Source: Spongospora subterranea f. sp. subterranea (Eukaryota). From it: DNA of 61,263 nucleotides. The translations under genes were made by a program, and so were the position numbers. The stretch's first letter is position 1. Each line of letters starts with the position of its first letter. The notes under the pieces were generated by a model that worked only from the letters and a program-made list of their open reading frames with translations, was not told the DNA's origin and ran no database searches. Of the stretch, positions 38,810-51,686 are shown in pieces. Location of the stretch: positions 1 to 61,263 of the forward strand of contig JAUGWO010000004.1 of assembly GCA_049724395.1 (NCBI GenBank), in the 5' to 3' direction.

Positions 38810-41216
38810 CTATTGTATATTGCAACATCGATGTGATGATGATTCAGTTTGGTTAGGTACAGTTCTAGGTTTGGGGGCGAACTTCTCGAAATTGACACCT
38901 TCGTCGGCTCGTTCTAACACTTCGACGATTTCTCTCTGAAGCGCATGTGTGGACTTGAACGGGAAATTGTTGAGGGATTTTTGGAAATCGTTTGTTAGTC
39001 GAACTTTGCGATATTTTTCGTCGTTTGTTGTCCGTCCCACAAGCCGCATAGATTTCCGCATTTACTTCATCGAGCTAACAGCACACGAGTTCAGCGATTT
39101 CAATGGAAATCTCCACGAACGTATATTGCTGACCTTAGGAATGAATGGAGGAACCAAGTACCCAGCTTCAAGTAATCCCCAGTCCATCGAGTCAAACCAA
39201 GGATGCTGTTTGATCTCGTCAATTCCTGTTGGCATTTCCGTCGTAAATAAAAATATTGACAACTCCATGAATTGCACCTTTACTGCCAAGCCGAAGAAGC
39301 GGATCCTTTTCCATCAGACCGGAGAGTAAGGACTTTGCACTTGGTGAAAAATATTCTTCTGGATATTCAACTTGGACATTGAGGACATTTTTATCCAGAT
39401 CTGAAAACCCAGGATGAGCGCCAAACGGTTTCTGCAAAATAACGGTTGGTGTGAGGAGCGATTGCAACTAGGTATTCCTACCTTTCCAGAAAGGAATCTG
39501 TATATCATCACTCCATAACTGAAGAAATCGCAGCATTTATCGTAGAGTTGCATTTTGATGACTTCTGGAGATGTGTATCCCGGAGTCCCCGCGTAGCCTT
39601 TGACCTTGTCATTTGTCATCACGGCCAGACCCAAATCAGATATCCGACAATGGCCTCTTTCATCCAAAAGTACATTCTCAAGTTTCATATCCCTATGCAA
39701 GACACCCTAAATGAATAGCTTCAAACGGATATATCAAGAGGGCAAACGGAACGAATGGGAAGCATTGAAGTTTTAGAGTGTTCAGGTCAACCTGTAAATA
39801 ATTGACTTGGAATGAATATGCTCCAAACCAAGTAGGATTTCTGCAGCATGAAATCGCGCTCTCGCTTCAAAGAAAACCATTTCCTTGTTTAGGTGAAATT
39901 TGAGATCGCCACCCATCATCAAATCGAGCCTGTTTTCAACATAATTAAAATATGCATCAAAAGCGGTAATCACAGGTCACTAACATTAGAAAGAGCGTAT
40001 CATTATCCTGAACTGCATACTTTAGACAGCAGACAAAGTTCGAATCCATGACGGCCAGAAGGTTCCTTTCCGACATTATGGAGTCGACAGCATCGGTGGC
40101 CATTACTCGGCGTTTATCAATACATTTGGCTGCATACCTTGTGCGACCAAACGATTAATAAAACCCGCATCGAAAGGTGTTTGACATACAATTTCCCAGT
40201 ATCGGTTTTAACACAGGCATTTACCGCACCGAATGCGCCTAAATGCAAAAAATGGTTATGCTGTGCGAACGGTTGAGAAAGAGCAACATACCACGACCAA
40301 GAACTCGGAGCATCGAAAAGTCTTTACTACTCACTTCACCCCTTTCAAAACTCTTACACCTAATGTATTTCTCGAAAAATTCGCTACTGGAAAATCGAGG
40401 AAATACATCTAATCGCAAATCATTTAAAACCTGTAACCAAACAACGGTCACAAACAGCATCAGACGCTGAAGTATCCCCAAAACTACATCTTGTGCGATT
40501 TCATCAAATAACGTCTTCAATGCCTGATTCTTCGAAAGCTTCTCTTTGGCGTCGTTCACAGCTTTTCCATAGACACCAACTGCATTAGTTTTCCCGATTT
40601 GCAGTGACAATTTGGTAGAATAATCTTCAATTTCTGAATGGCCTAGAACAATGGATTGAGAATGGTTGATGAGGTGACTTCGGCAGCGTTACCATCAAAA
40701 TGAGAGGGAATTGCACTCATATCGGACCTTTTCCGTCGCCTTCTCTCAAATACGGATTCACCCATCGGATACTTGGCACCATCTTCAGCGACAAACCTCT
40801 CGAATAGCAGTTTTCCCACTTTGAGCCTGGCAGAGGGATCCCTGAAGGAGAACCACAATCAACACATAATCGAAAAAATGATATTGATGGCATCTTCAAA
40901 ACGTAAACATGTTGCGGTTGATGATCATCATCGCTAACCTCATTTTTTTATACAGCTCCACATCCGATATGAAAACCGCCTTATCCACAGAATAATCGGC
41001 AACGAGAAAGCACTTCATTAGGTAATATCCAATCGGTTCGTAGAATATATGTGAAAACGAGATCTTGTCATGCTGGCGTAATTCCATTTCATAATCAGCA
41101 AGTGAGCTATATAACGGCATTCGGCGTATCAGGTCCAGATTCGGGCCATACGTCTCATTGCGTACAGCATTCAGATACGCTTTATTCTCTGCGATCTCCA
41201 CGAAATCATCATACAT
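38810..41216 (-). CDS. GRK: G protein-coupled receptor kinase (RGS/RH domain + AGC kinase), multi-exon
   Basis: N-terminal helix [19 protein letters not shown] domain ([13 protein letters not shown]...DVELYK...[13 protein letters not shown]); [79 protein letters not shown]; ends RCCNIQ. Confidence 0.93.
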
Positions 41217-43559
41217 ATTGTGCGAAAACTGGCAGCTCCGTTATCTAGCGACCATTTGGGTGGGCGGGCGATGGCGATATGGGGTTGAACCTGGAGCTGG
41301 CCGACGAGCGAGCAATAATAAGAACCCAGACCAGATGAGAAACTGGCTGACAGTCTGAACTGAATCCCCTATAACTACATCGACAGTCCATGGGGTGTAT
41401 CCAGCTACCAGTCACACGGCGACGCCAGCAGTCATTGGCCCAATTGCATTACCCTCAGTGATCACTGGTCACCCCGAACCATCAGCCCACGCCCTGTGTT
41501 GTGTTTCGGGTTGGCGCATTGCTCTGTACCCCATTCGCCGCCATCAGTATCCCATCATGTCCTCAGTTCCACCATTTATGCAAAAGACCACCCACTGATT
41601 TTGAAGCATTACTGTCCCCTTCGGGACGCCCCCATCAAATGCTCAAACTCTTGTTCATCACAAATCAAAAACTTTCAGAAAACAACCAAGCGATTTTTGC
41701 GAATGGTTTGTATTTTTATGCTGCCGTTGCGCAAGTCTAGCAAGGGTTCTATATCTACCCTAGCTCGACCTGTGCCTATGTTTCGGATGAAAAACGGTCA
41801 CGAATGAAACATCGGCTTTACCTTTTTATCAACAACCTACAGAACGTAGAAAACCGAAAGTCCATGTCAACCAAATGACAAAAGCGAATGGTGCACAGGA
41901 CATACTGGCACATCAAGAGCATCGCCGAATACCAACGACAAACGTGCCGCCCGAATATCCAAGGAAAACGGACTTGATAGATCAACTTATTTTTTGTGAT
42001 TGCGTTCAGCACATTTGTGTTAGGTCTGTAGTACCCATATCTACGCTAGGCCTAGGGCCAGATGACGATGGCTCATCATCTGGGCACAAACTCATATGTT
42101 TGTGATAAGGACCTTCGCTATACTTTGCTCAGCAGTCTGTTCCCAGAACAATGTTAGCTAGTGTGAAATTGGGATGACCCGACTCACTAAAACCCCGAAA
42201 CCCTTTGGAACACAGGGGAAATTCCTTACGGAACGCCATTGCTGCAGGGCATGTCGCCTTCGTCGCAAACCAGCTGATTGTTTATTGTAATTGTACACCT
42301 GTTCCTCAAATAAAACATCCTCTTCGTCTTGCCGCTTTGTTCAGAATTCGATGTGTCCACAGTGCTGCCTCGAAATCTGTTTCTAATTTATCAAATTCGT
42401 CCCTGCTGCGCTGTGTAACTTGCACTGTAGTGCTGCGCAGTGTAGTACATACTTGGTGCTCTACTGTCTGGCTTTTTTCTACACCGCGCGCGGTCCGATG
42501 CTTGGACACTCGCACAATAGGGTACACTAATGACTGTGACACTGTAAAATCATTGCAAAACTATATTGCACAGTGCGCTCCATAGACCGTCAGTATACTG
42601 TATCGGATCCATCGGAAACTGGTTAACTACGATATGCCGAGACCTCTTTTCGAAAGCGTCAACATCATAAGCACTGCGAGTACTTCGGAAAGACTCAATC
42701 GCAAACTACTCTATTTTATTCCATGTAACAAATAGGGTCAGCATTTATTTTAAACTTGAATTCTTTCAACACACGCAAAATATTGAATTGATTTTGCTCA
42801 TCCATCGTTTAAAAACAAAATGTCCTGTGTACTTAGAATATTTTCGAAGCACTCGCAGTGCGTTCAAATATTGACGCTTTGGAAAAGACCTCTCGCCATA
42901 TCCTAAGATGGAGTGCATCTCGGAGTTCAACGACTCCATTGCGGATTCGGGATCTTGAGTCTCACTAGACTCGGATGGAACTGCATTGGACGAGTCGCTG
43001 CTTCGTTCGCTTGTTCGCAGCAATGAAGATTCAGGCCGGACAACCTCTTGCGTTGTGGCTCTACCAAAATGATGACGTTCATCGCAGACACTTTCAGGAA
43101 TCGTAGCAATTGACGCTACTACAACTGTAGTGTCTGGAATGTGATTGTCAAATATACTGGCAACAACAACCCCGCTAGTGGACTCTAAAGAGGTAAAATC
43201 AATAATGAAATCCACCAAAAACCCTAACATACCTGCCACTCGAATGGATTGTTCGCGTGGTTTGGAAGACATGTCGCCAATTTCTGCATCTGGGAGACAT
43301 ACATTAGAGTAATAAAACAAGCGATCCTAACTTGAGTTACCAGGCGAAACAACAGACGACTGATCCCTCTGATGTCTTGTGAGTGGGCATCTAGAACTTC
43401 CAGACGTACTGGTTCAAAAAGTGCGCGGAGGCCAGTTAAAGTGGCCAGTCTTTTACTATGGGTACAGTACGAGAATAGACTGGCCACAAACTGACTGCGG
43501 TTTCCTATTTGACTGGCCATTGTGGATTTGGGATTTAAATATTATTATATACACCTGAG

Positions 43560-44560
43560 TGTACCGTGTCAACGTAGTTGGCTTAATCCTGGCATCTTGC
43601 CGGGTTCATCCCTTTTTACGTGAACGAACAATTGTCACCGTACGGTTCAGCGAACAAAACTGGGAACTACTGACGAACGTCGACCGCCTTTTCCCTCACC
43701 GACGTAGAAAACGCTATCCTCAACACATCATTCAGGCGGACATATTCAGGTTAACCATTTTTTTCTTCTTTTAAATTTAAATCAAGTATTTACCACTAAC
43801 TTGAAATAGTTTCAAGCCAGCATAAAATCGGAAACTTCCCATTTCATCCTGTGAAAAACTGCCCACCCGTGGCCTGATTGTATTGTAAAAATGTCACCTA
43901 TATTTGGTTACCCGATGGTGTTTCAATTGATTGTCTTTTCTTTATGAAGTCCTTCTGGGCGACGAATCCTGGGGTCTGTTGGGGAGAATTTCTGCGGCAC
44001 TTAAATGCTGACAATAACATCAATCCGATTTGTGTTGGCATTAATAAGGAAACCTTATGTTTATTTTTTACCGTACGCCACATAAACGGAATTGGCGTTG
44101 AAATTTATTGGTTTCTCATCGAAAACGGCCCTTCCTCCGTTTGTAAGGTCATCGTAATGATAGAATCCTGGCATCTTGCCCGGTTCATCCCTTTTAACGT
44201 GTACGAAAAAATGCCCACCTGTGGCAGTTGTTGCAGATATTCTCCCCAAAAGACCCCAGGGTTCGTCGCTTAACAGGACTTCATCAGAACACTCAATTGG
44301 AACACCAACTGGTAGTGAAATAAACATAACAGAGGTAGGTGACTTTTTTTTTTAATTGTCAGGGTCTCGATCTGCATTGCCTATTTACAATTTTGATATT
44401 GCTACTATTTTTGGTGACATCAGAGTTCGCTTACAGCATCACAACCAGGCAGAGTACAACACCTGTGAAATTCCTTATCAAAGCCAGTCATCAAAGTTGA
44501 CAACACCGCCTGCACAGATGGTTCCTTAGAATCTATCTGCTGGTCCCTGACCTCCTATTG
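43560..44560 (-). pseudogene. Rearranged relic of a USP/C19-like domain homologous to 58210-58700
   Basis: PSVQAVLSTLM...RCCTLPGCD...VMFISLP...GRISATTATGGHFFVHV...GFYHYDDLTNGG aligns by eye with the cargo domain of the 57372 element; internal direct and inverted duplications. Confidence 0.65.
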
Positions 44561-44691
44561 TCAAATTTATAAATAAATACAGTTTTCAATGAACCGAATA
44601 GTTCAGCTCACCAGGATTGACCAAATTAATTCACGAGAATCAAGTAAGTGCCCTTTGCAGCACTTGACGGTTTTCTAAGAGAAAATGAGTA

Positions 44692-46272
44692 CAGTACCGG
44701 ACACCTTAACTCTCCAACTTTGCCACTACAGGCTACGGAGTATCTGATAACGTTTACGTCCAGGAACAAACTCGGATTACAACTGAATAAATCGATTGCA
44801 TTTGCAATTTTAAGAAGGGTGATTGAACTAGAAAATTTGAATTCGAATTATTGACTGACTTATGGGCACTCAAACTATCGACTTTTTCAAGTATTTGAAA
44901 CATTATAGGTGAAAAACAGTTTTGTCCATAGATACACTTAGAGAAATGCGTGCGCACATATTTTCGCAAAACAATGTTGCGACTTACGGACCAGTAAACT
45001 GCGCCCAGGGCAATCATTCAGGAAGGAACCCAACCAGAACAAGAAGAATCTGCATGCATTTGCTTCTGATGCTTTGGTAGCAAGCCGCTTAAACCTGAGC
45101 GATGGCGGAAAGACCCCGTAAAATCTACGAGGCCAGGATGGTACATTTTAGACTGTGTGAAAGTTGAGCATGGTATGGTGAACGAAGAAGGGCAGCAGAA
45201 AGGCTGCAGAACAATTTTACAGGAGCGCGGTTTGTGGCCTTTAAGCGGTTTATCGTTGAAAAACGCCAGGAACCTGTTAGGACAGCAACCAGACTTTCAG
45301 GAGCAATAAGAATGGCTCATCGAAACCGTTACTTCCGACCCAGATTTCATTGTGAATTCAACCACATTGAGATGTATTGGGGACAAGTGAAAAGGTATTT
45401 GAGACAATACTGCAACTATTCATACAAAGGTCTGGAAGAGATGTTACCAGAGGCGTTCGCCTCAGTTTCAAAAGCCACAATCAGGCGACACGCTCGCAAG
45501 TGCTTTCGATATATGGACGCGTACTCGATGAAAAACGGCCAATATCTTAGCATGAAGCAGGTGGAATTCGCTGGGGGCGAAAATATCGTCGACATCGATC
45601 TGTACCTAACTCTATCTTTTCAGAATTATAAAAATGTTTTCATCGCCTCTGGCACTTTGCTCACTGATCTGGATGAATTTGCAATGAAATCTTGGGAGAA
45701 ATTCAATCAGAAAAGGCTGGGTCAGATAACGGTTTCGGTGAGCAATTCTTTCCATTAGTAGAAGGTTTTCCATGCGACATTCGCTCTTTGATGTGGCTGA
45801 TAACAACAGCATATTCGACGAAGGATGGTTTCGCAACCAATTCCGTTGCCTTCGTCGATCGTCGATGACTGCGCCCATCGCCTTCGTCGATGACTGCGCC
45901 CATCGCCTTCGTCATCACTATCCAGAACGACCGCCAGCGCTTGCGCAATGACAGAAATCATCGCTGGAACAATGATCGCCGCCACTCTCCGACGACGGAC
46001 CCTCACCAGTTTGTCCGTGGCCAATCAGAACGCTGCGCATGTTTTCGGATCTCTATTTATTCATCTACATATTTCTTACTTGACCCAGGCGCCAAGTTCG
46101 TTCTTCGCGCATATTTACCTTTTTCTGCGAGCGCATATTTAGCTTTTTGCGAACTCATATTTAGCTTGTTGCGCACGCATATTTAGCTTTTTGCGCACGC
46201 ATATTTAGTTTTTTGCGTACGCATATTTGAAATTGAATTGAAACAATTGGAGAGTTAAGGTGTCCGGTACTG
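44692..46272. mobile_element. Tc1/IS630-like DNA transposon, internally rearranged
   Basis: Perfect 26-bp TIR CAGTACCGGACACCTTAACTCTCCAA with TA at both flanks; transposase core QKGCRTILQERGLW, QQPDF, RFHCEFNHIEMYWG on the + strand; subterminal GCGCATATTTAGCTTTTTGC repeats at 46105-46230. Confidence 0.92.
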
Positions 46273-47453
46273 TACAAGATGAAAAAAAAATGATTTACCT
46301 TAGCAGCTGTCTTTACATGTGTTAACCAAGGTTCGGTAGCAACTTCTTGAAGTATGCTTATAAGACAACGAAAGGGCAACCAAATTCCCCTGATTTGTGA
46401 AGCTGTTTCACTTCAATACACCACTGGGCTCTTTGGTCAGTGCGTAAGACGATGGAATAAGCAGAGAGTAATAATTATGGGCGACGGTGTCGGTCAATTT
46501 GGACAAAAAAAACTATTCATCACCGGCGTACGGTTAAGAAAGTTACGTCTTTCAACAAGCTTCTTATGTTGTTCAGAGACTAGAGGCGCCTTCTTCATTC
46601 TTGCGACCAAGTTTCTGGAGAGAAATCCCACCCGGCAGCTTTCTATCCCATCGCGAATTCGATGGCATGCAAAACAGGGGCAAGCATTGTTTCCATTTCA
46701 GCAACGATTTCTGCGCCCCTACCGGCAACTCACATTCTAAACTGGTCGCGTCCGGGGGAATCTGATGTCGTGCCCCGACCAACGACCTCGGCCTAGCGTA
46801 CTCTCCTTCAGTTACTGATCTGTCGATTGTATCTCTACCGTCCGATCTGTCCTCTCGCTCTTCTTAATCTCTTGTCAATAAACGGATAAACCTCTGCTGA
46901 CTCCTTGTCTTCCCCCGCGATAGCATAACAGGATACCCGTTGACGACAATTAGTGAGCTAATGTACAAAACCGATGTTCCGTGCATCCTTGAGGTTTCCA
47001 GCACGCTAAGAGAATTGCAGTCCTCTTCGAGTGATTCTTCGATCGAGGCAGGTCCAGGCAGCGCAGACGTTGTGCATGGCCTGTTGGTCAAGTTTGAATA
47101 AAAATTCATATCAACCAGCCAGACACTTCCCAGTCTGCTTATATACGATTGCCAATTGGCTGCCGACCTAAAAATTATCCATGTGGTTATACTGGAAGAG
47201 TGGTACCAGGGAGGTCAAATTTGCGAAGGGGCGATTTTACAAATTCCAACCGGGGTGTTTGTAAATTGACAGAAGTATAGTTGACTGGCCCACTTCTGAT
47301 CCCAATAAGATATATCCTTTAGAATAACCCGACGACGGTTGTTGACTTTTTCTCAGCAACAAGAGCTAACAAGAAAGCTGTGGAACTGTATAAATTAGAA
47401 CCCATCATTTGCTCTTTGGTTGAGCAGTTCTGGTTGTAACAAAATTATCTGAT

Positions 47454-47807
47454 TTATCCTGTTCTCTTGATGATGTGCACTCCACTTTCGGTTTCGACAA
47501 TCTCACTGACATCTCCAACAGCTAAGGAAAAAGCTGCATCCTCGAATGGCTGCTGCATTTGCCCTTTCCGAAAAAAACCTAGATCACCACCTGACTTTGC
47601 AGAGCTGCAATCTGAGTGCTCGAGTGCCACATTTTCGAATATCAGACCCCCTTTCAAGATGTCATGGCGCAGACCGGACAATAGACTTTCGGCATCGAGT
47701 TTGGATCGCTGCTTGATCAGTACCCCATCAGGGTCTTTCCATGAACCAAGTCTTCGGCTCTGACAGTGTTTGAGAAGAATGTGGGATGCTCGAATTTGAT
47801 CGCCCAT
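47454..47807 (-). CDS. PIN1: Pin1-type parvulin peptidyl-prolyl isomerase without WW domain (117 aa)
   Basis: MGDQIRASHILLKHCQSRRLGSWKDP...SDCSSAKSGGDLGFFRKGQMQQPFEDAAFSL...ETESGVHIIKRTG; no WW motif seen upstream. Confidence 0.9.
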   Translation of the reverse strand: MGDQIRASHILLKHCQSRRLGSWKDPDGVLIKQRSKLDAESLLSGLRHDILKGGLIFENVALEHSDCSSAKSGGDLGFFRKGQMQQPFEDAAFSLAVGDVSEIVETESGVHIIKRTG

Positions 47808-48631
47808 AACGTTGGGAGTTGGGGCGATGGCTTGACCAATGTTTCGTTGGAATGATGGCAAACCCCGTGATGAGGAGTTGGTCAACAATTTGTGCTGGGC
47901 TGACGTTTGGGACGATCGCCAGGATAGATAAAGGAGTACATTGATGTGATTGCAACATTTGAACACTTCATTTGTTAGCGTCAATATTCGGATCATTTCT
48001 TTGGTATGGGCCCATAGTGCAGTGTCGAGTTGCCAATCAAGGTAATCCTCTATAATTCGAGTAATACTGCACTGCTTTGAACCTTGCTCAAAAAACAGTT
48101 GGCAATTTTAAAGAAGAACGTCATGTTTACCCCAGCAAATTGATGGAACCCACAAAAGCGGCTTCTCAAGACGTTGCTCGGTCTGATACTGGCAGGATTC
48201 TCAGATTGAATTTGGCATTTCTTGCAATGTTTGGAAATCAATTCCATTGTTTATTCACAACCCTCATTTTGTGTCCTGGGTGAACAGTATTGTATCCATT
48301 GGAGCTTTTTTCGTTCATGAAAGTTTTTAAAGATTGGAAAACCGTTAAGGAATATAGGAGTTGAACAATTGAATAGTTATGGTTTCATTAAGATGCGGGA
48401 GAAACCCATTAGCATCAAAATTACCAAACACTTGATTGCGCTTGGGCATGCGAATTACACAGGATATTTTGGGGATCATGGTCCGATTGGAAAAAATTGC
48501 AATAGTTGGACATCACTTAGCCATCCAATGTATCCCTTGAATTAACTATGCCAACCGTATTTGGCGTCATGGCCACGGACTACACACTGTGACATACGCA
48601 TCTTTGCGCCAATACTGTATAATCATTAAAA

Positions 48632-48994
48632 ATGTCCAAAAAGGAGTCCGTTTTAGACCTGAATAAGAACTTGGATCAGGCGGTTCGAGTGAAGTTTACT
48701 GGTGGGCGAGAGGTGACCGGGATTCTCAAAGGTTTTGTTCTCATAGTCGGAATCGTATGAGCCTGTTTGTAATCTTTGGCGCTGCGTTTAGGGTATGATC
48801 CTTTGGTCAATATCGTGCTGGACGAGACGCTTGAATTCCTACGAGATCCTGAAGACCCATACCGTTTGACGGATCAAACCCGTTCCCTAGGTCTAACAGT
48901 ATGTCGAGGGTCTGCTGTCATGTTGATTGCACCTGTTGACGGTACTGAGGAAATCGATAACCCATTCCAGCAGGAGCAGGCTCCTCTGATATGA
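48632..48994 (+). CDS. LSM7: U6 snRNA-associated Sm-like protein LSm7, 2 exons
   Basis: MSKKESVLDLNK...VRVKFTGGREVTGILKG/YDPLVNIVLDET...RSLGLTVCRGSAVMLIAPVDGTEEIDNPF. Confidence 0.95.
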
Positions 48995-49071
48995 TATTAT
49001 ATATACCTAAATCACCAATTCGATCAACAAATCAATATGTTTATTTAGTTAATTCAGAAGACTGTCGATAA

Positions 49072-50033
49072 TTATGTAGCTGATTCTTCAACATCAGTTG
49101 TTAACCGATAATTCGCCTTCAGTGAATAATGATGCATATTTGGACCTGTACGATGCTGAGTGCATATTTGATCCAGCACCTCCTTCAAATATGCTTTAGG
49201 CTAATATTATCAAGCAAACCGGATTATTGTCAAAATCGACAGAACGTTGTTCAGGATAAGCGGTACCTGATCTGTTAACTGGACTAACTCAGAAAGGCGA
49301 TAGTGAGGTTTCGAATCAAACAAAACAAAAAGCCGGCTCTTGAGCTGCATTTCATCAATTCGTACACGTTTGTCAACTATAAGAATGTGATAGGTCAAGT
49401 TAAGGACAAAAGGGTGTTGTTAGGATGACCTGCACGATCTGCTCTTTTGAGGATAGTAGGGCGAACCGAGCGGCCGCTTGTACTAGAAGGCATACCCGAC
49501 AGCAGCTTGAACTGTTTGATAGCACCAGGGCTACCATCCTCCAAAACTATCTTCTGCGTCTGAAGATCGGCTTCATATCGGCTCTTTCTCTCATCAATCA
49601 ATGCCTGATACGAAGCACTAGATCCAATGCCAGGTCGGACATCAGCAAATAGTGCTGCTCGACCCTCTAATGAACATTGTTTAGAGGATGAAGATGGGTC
49701 CGATACAATAAGCATTGATGGTGGCTGAATTGACGATCCTGTAATAATTAGCATGATTACTGTAATGATTTGATAATGTTTGGATAAAATACCTGGAAGA
49801 TATTCAGGACGAACAAGAAATTCGAGTTCAGATGAATTGGTGCCAGGTGACGATATGGTCAACCTCTTCGGTAAATCATTTGGGTTATATTCCGACGGCA
49901 TATGTAATTTTGCAACAGCATCATTGGGTTTTGACGACGCCCGTGTGTCCCATTCTTTAAGGACAAACTCTGGAACTTTGGCGATCCACCATTCTACTGG
50001 CGTTTTTTGTCGTTTAGTGATAGGAGAGGACAT
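49072..50033 (-). CDS. GTF2F2: Transcription factor IIF beta subunit (RAP30), multi-exon
   Basis: N-terminal WIAKVPEFV..EW; C-terminal winged helix LKSRLFVLFDSKPHYRLSELVQLTDQP.AYLKEVLDQIC...YSLKANY. Confidence 0.85.
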
Positions 50034-50129
50034 GAACGGAGTGCAATCTACGGAACACCGGGGTTGACTTTACTCTAACAGTGGGGGGCATGTGGTTGAG
50101 TGGTTGACTGCACCTGAACAGTGCCGGGG

Positions 50130-50918
50130 AGATGGTTGGGAGGTTGACTTCCCCTGTACAGTGCGGGTAGATGGTTGGGATGTTGACTTCCCCTGTACAG
50201 TGCGGGTAGATGGTTGGGATGTTGAATGTTGACTTCCCCTGTACAGTGCGGGTAGATGGTTGTGATGTTGACTTCCCCTGTACAGTGCGGGTAGATGGTT
50301 GGGATGTTGACTTCCCCTGGACAGTGCGGGTAGATGGTTGGGATGTTGACTTCCCCTGGACAGTGCGGGTAGATGGTTGGGATGTTGACTTCCCCTGGAC
50401 AGTGCGGGTAGATGGTTGGGATGTTGACTTCCCCTGTACAGTGCGGGTAGATGGTTGGGATGTTGACTTCCCCTGGACAGTGCGGGTAGATGGTTGGGAT
50501 GTTGACTTCCCCTGTACAGTGCGGGTAGATGGTTGGGATGTTGACTTCCCCTGTACAGTGCGGGTAGATGGTTGGGATGTTGACTTCCCCTGGACAGTGC
50601 GGGTAGATGGTTGGGGGATGTTGACTTCCCCTGTACAGTGCGGGTAGATGGTTGGGATGTTGACTTCCCCTGGACAGTGCGGGTAGATGGTTGGGATGTT
50701 GACTTCCCCTGTACAGTGCGGGTAGATGGTTGGGATGTTGACTTCCCCTGTACAGTGCGGGTAGATGGTTGGGATGTTGACTTCCCCTGTACAGTGCGGG
50801 TAGATGGTTGGGATGTTGACTTCCCCTGGACAGTGCGGGTAGATGGTTGGGATGTTGACTTCCCCTGTACAGTGCGGGTAGATGGTTGGGATGTTGACTT
50901 CCCCTGGACAGTGCGGGT
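50130..50918. repeat. 39-bp minisatellite, about 20 copies
   Basis: Unit GTTGACTTCCCCTG(T/G)ACAGTGCGGGTAGATGGTTGGGAT, head-to-tail with no spacers. Confidence 0.97.
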
Positions 50919-51686
50919 TTTTGGAAACAGAGCTTTGGTAGTTCGCGTGAAGAGTTTAGGGTGAGGGCGATGGCCGATAAGTCAAATCGACAGAGTTGTC
51001 GTTAGCTCATTACATTGATTACCTTAATTAGTGTGTAAACCTATTCAGTGTGTACACGAATACAATGTGATAAACACCTAATGTACATTATTAACAATGA
51101 ATTAGATGCGGTCTATCTTTGGATTTGAACGGTCTTTGGCATAAGGAACAATTGTCTCCAAAACTGCAAGAAATCATAAAAAGTACCCGCACTGCAGAGC
51201 AGAGTTGGCTTGCCGAAATTGTCCTGCAGCATCGAGGCTTCATCATCGGCTTCTATCTTCAGTTTCACTGCGAATTCTTTCAGATATTTGCAAGTTGTTG
51301 TGCCTATCGCATTGGAAAGCGTGTCAACACAGGCCATACGTCGGGCAAGTTGCGATCACCTTAACTCACTGCATATTCAGCTTGCTGAACAGAGAGAGGA
51401 TTGCCATTTGCGTCAATGGCTCGATATGCATCCATATATCGGTAGCATTTTCGTGCGTACCGACGTATGGCCTGTGTTGACACGCTTTCCAATGCGATAG
51501 GCACAACGACCTGCAAATTTTTGAAAGAATAAGTACAATTCTTTCTGGTATAGCTTTTGCAGGCACCCCAATACATCTCTATATAATTAGATTCGCAGGG
51601 AAACTTAGGATAGAAGTCGATGATGAAGCCTGGATGTTGCAGAGCAATTTCGGCAAGCCAAGTCTTTTGCTCTGCAAAATCTGGTT

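Noticed and set aside
42766..43520. Minus-strand ORFs of 98 and 184 aa
   Set aside because: Could be exons of a gene or TE cargo, but nothing could be assigned with support.
46300..47170. Possible minus-strand gene
   Set aside because: Only short, disconnected ORFs with no identifiable motif.
50130..50918. CRISPR array or repeat-protein gene (VDFPCTVRVDGWD)n
   Set aside because: The units are contiguous with no unique spacers, there are no cas genes and the context is eukaryotic. The ORFs arise because the unit is 39 nt, and they are broken by indels.
50950..50970. Telomeric repeat TTTAGGG (also near 4170, 13740, 19235)
   Set aside because: Isolated single copies, no array.
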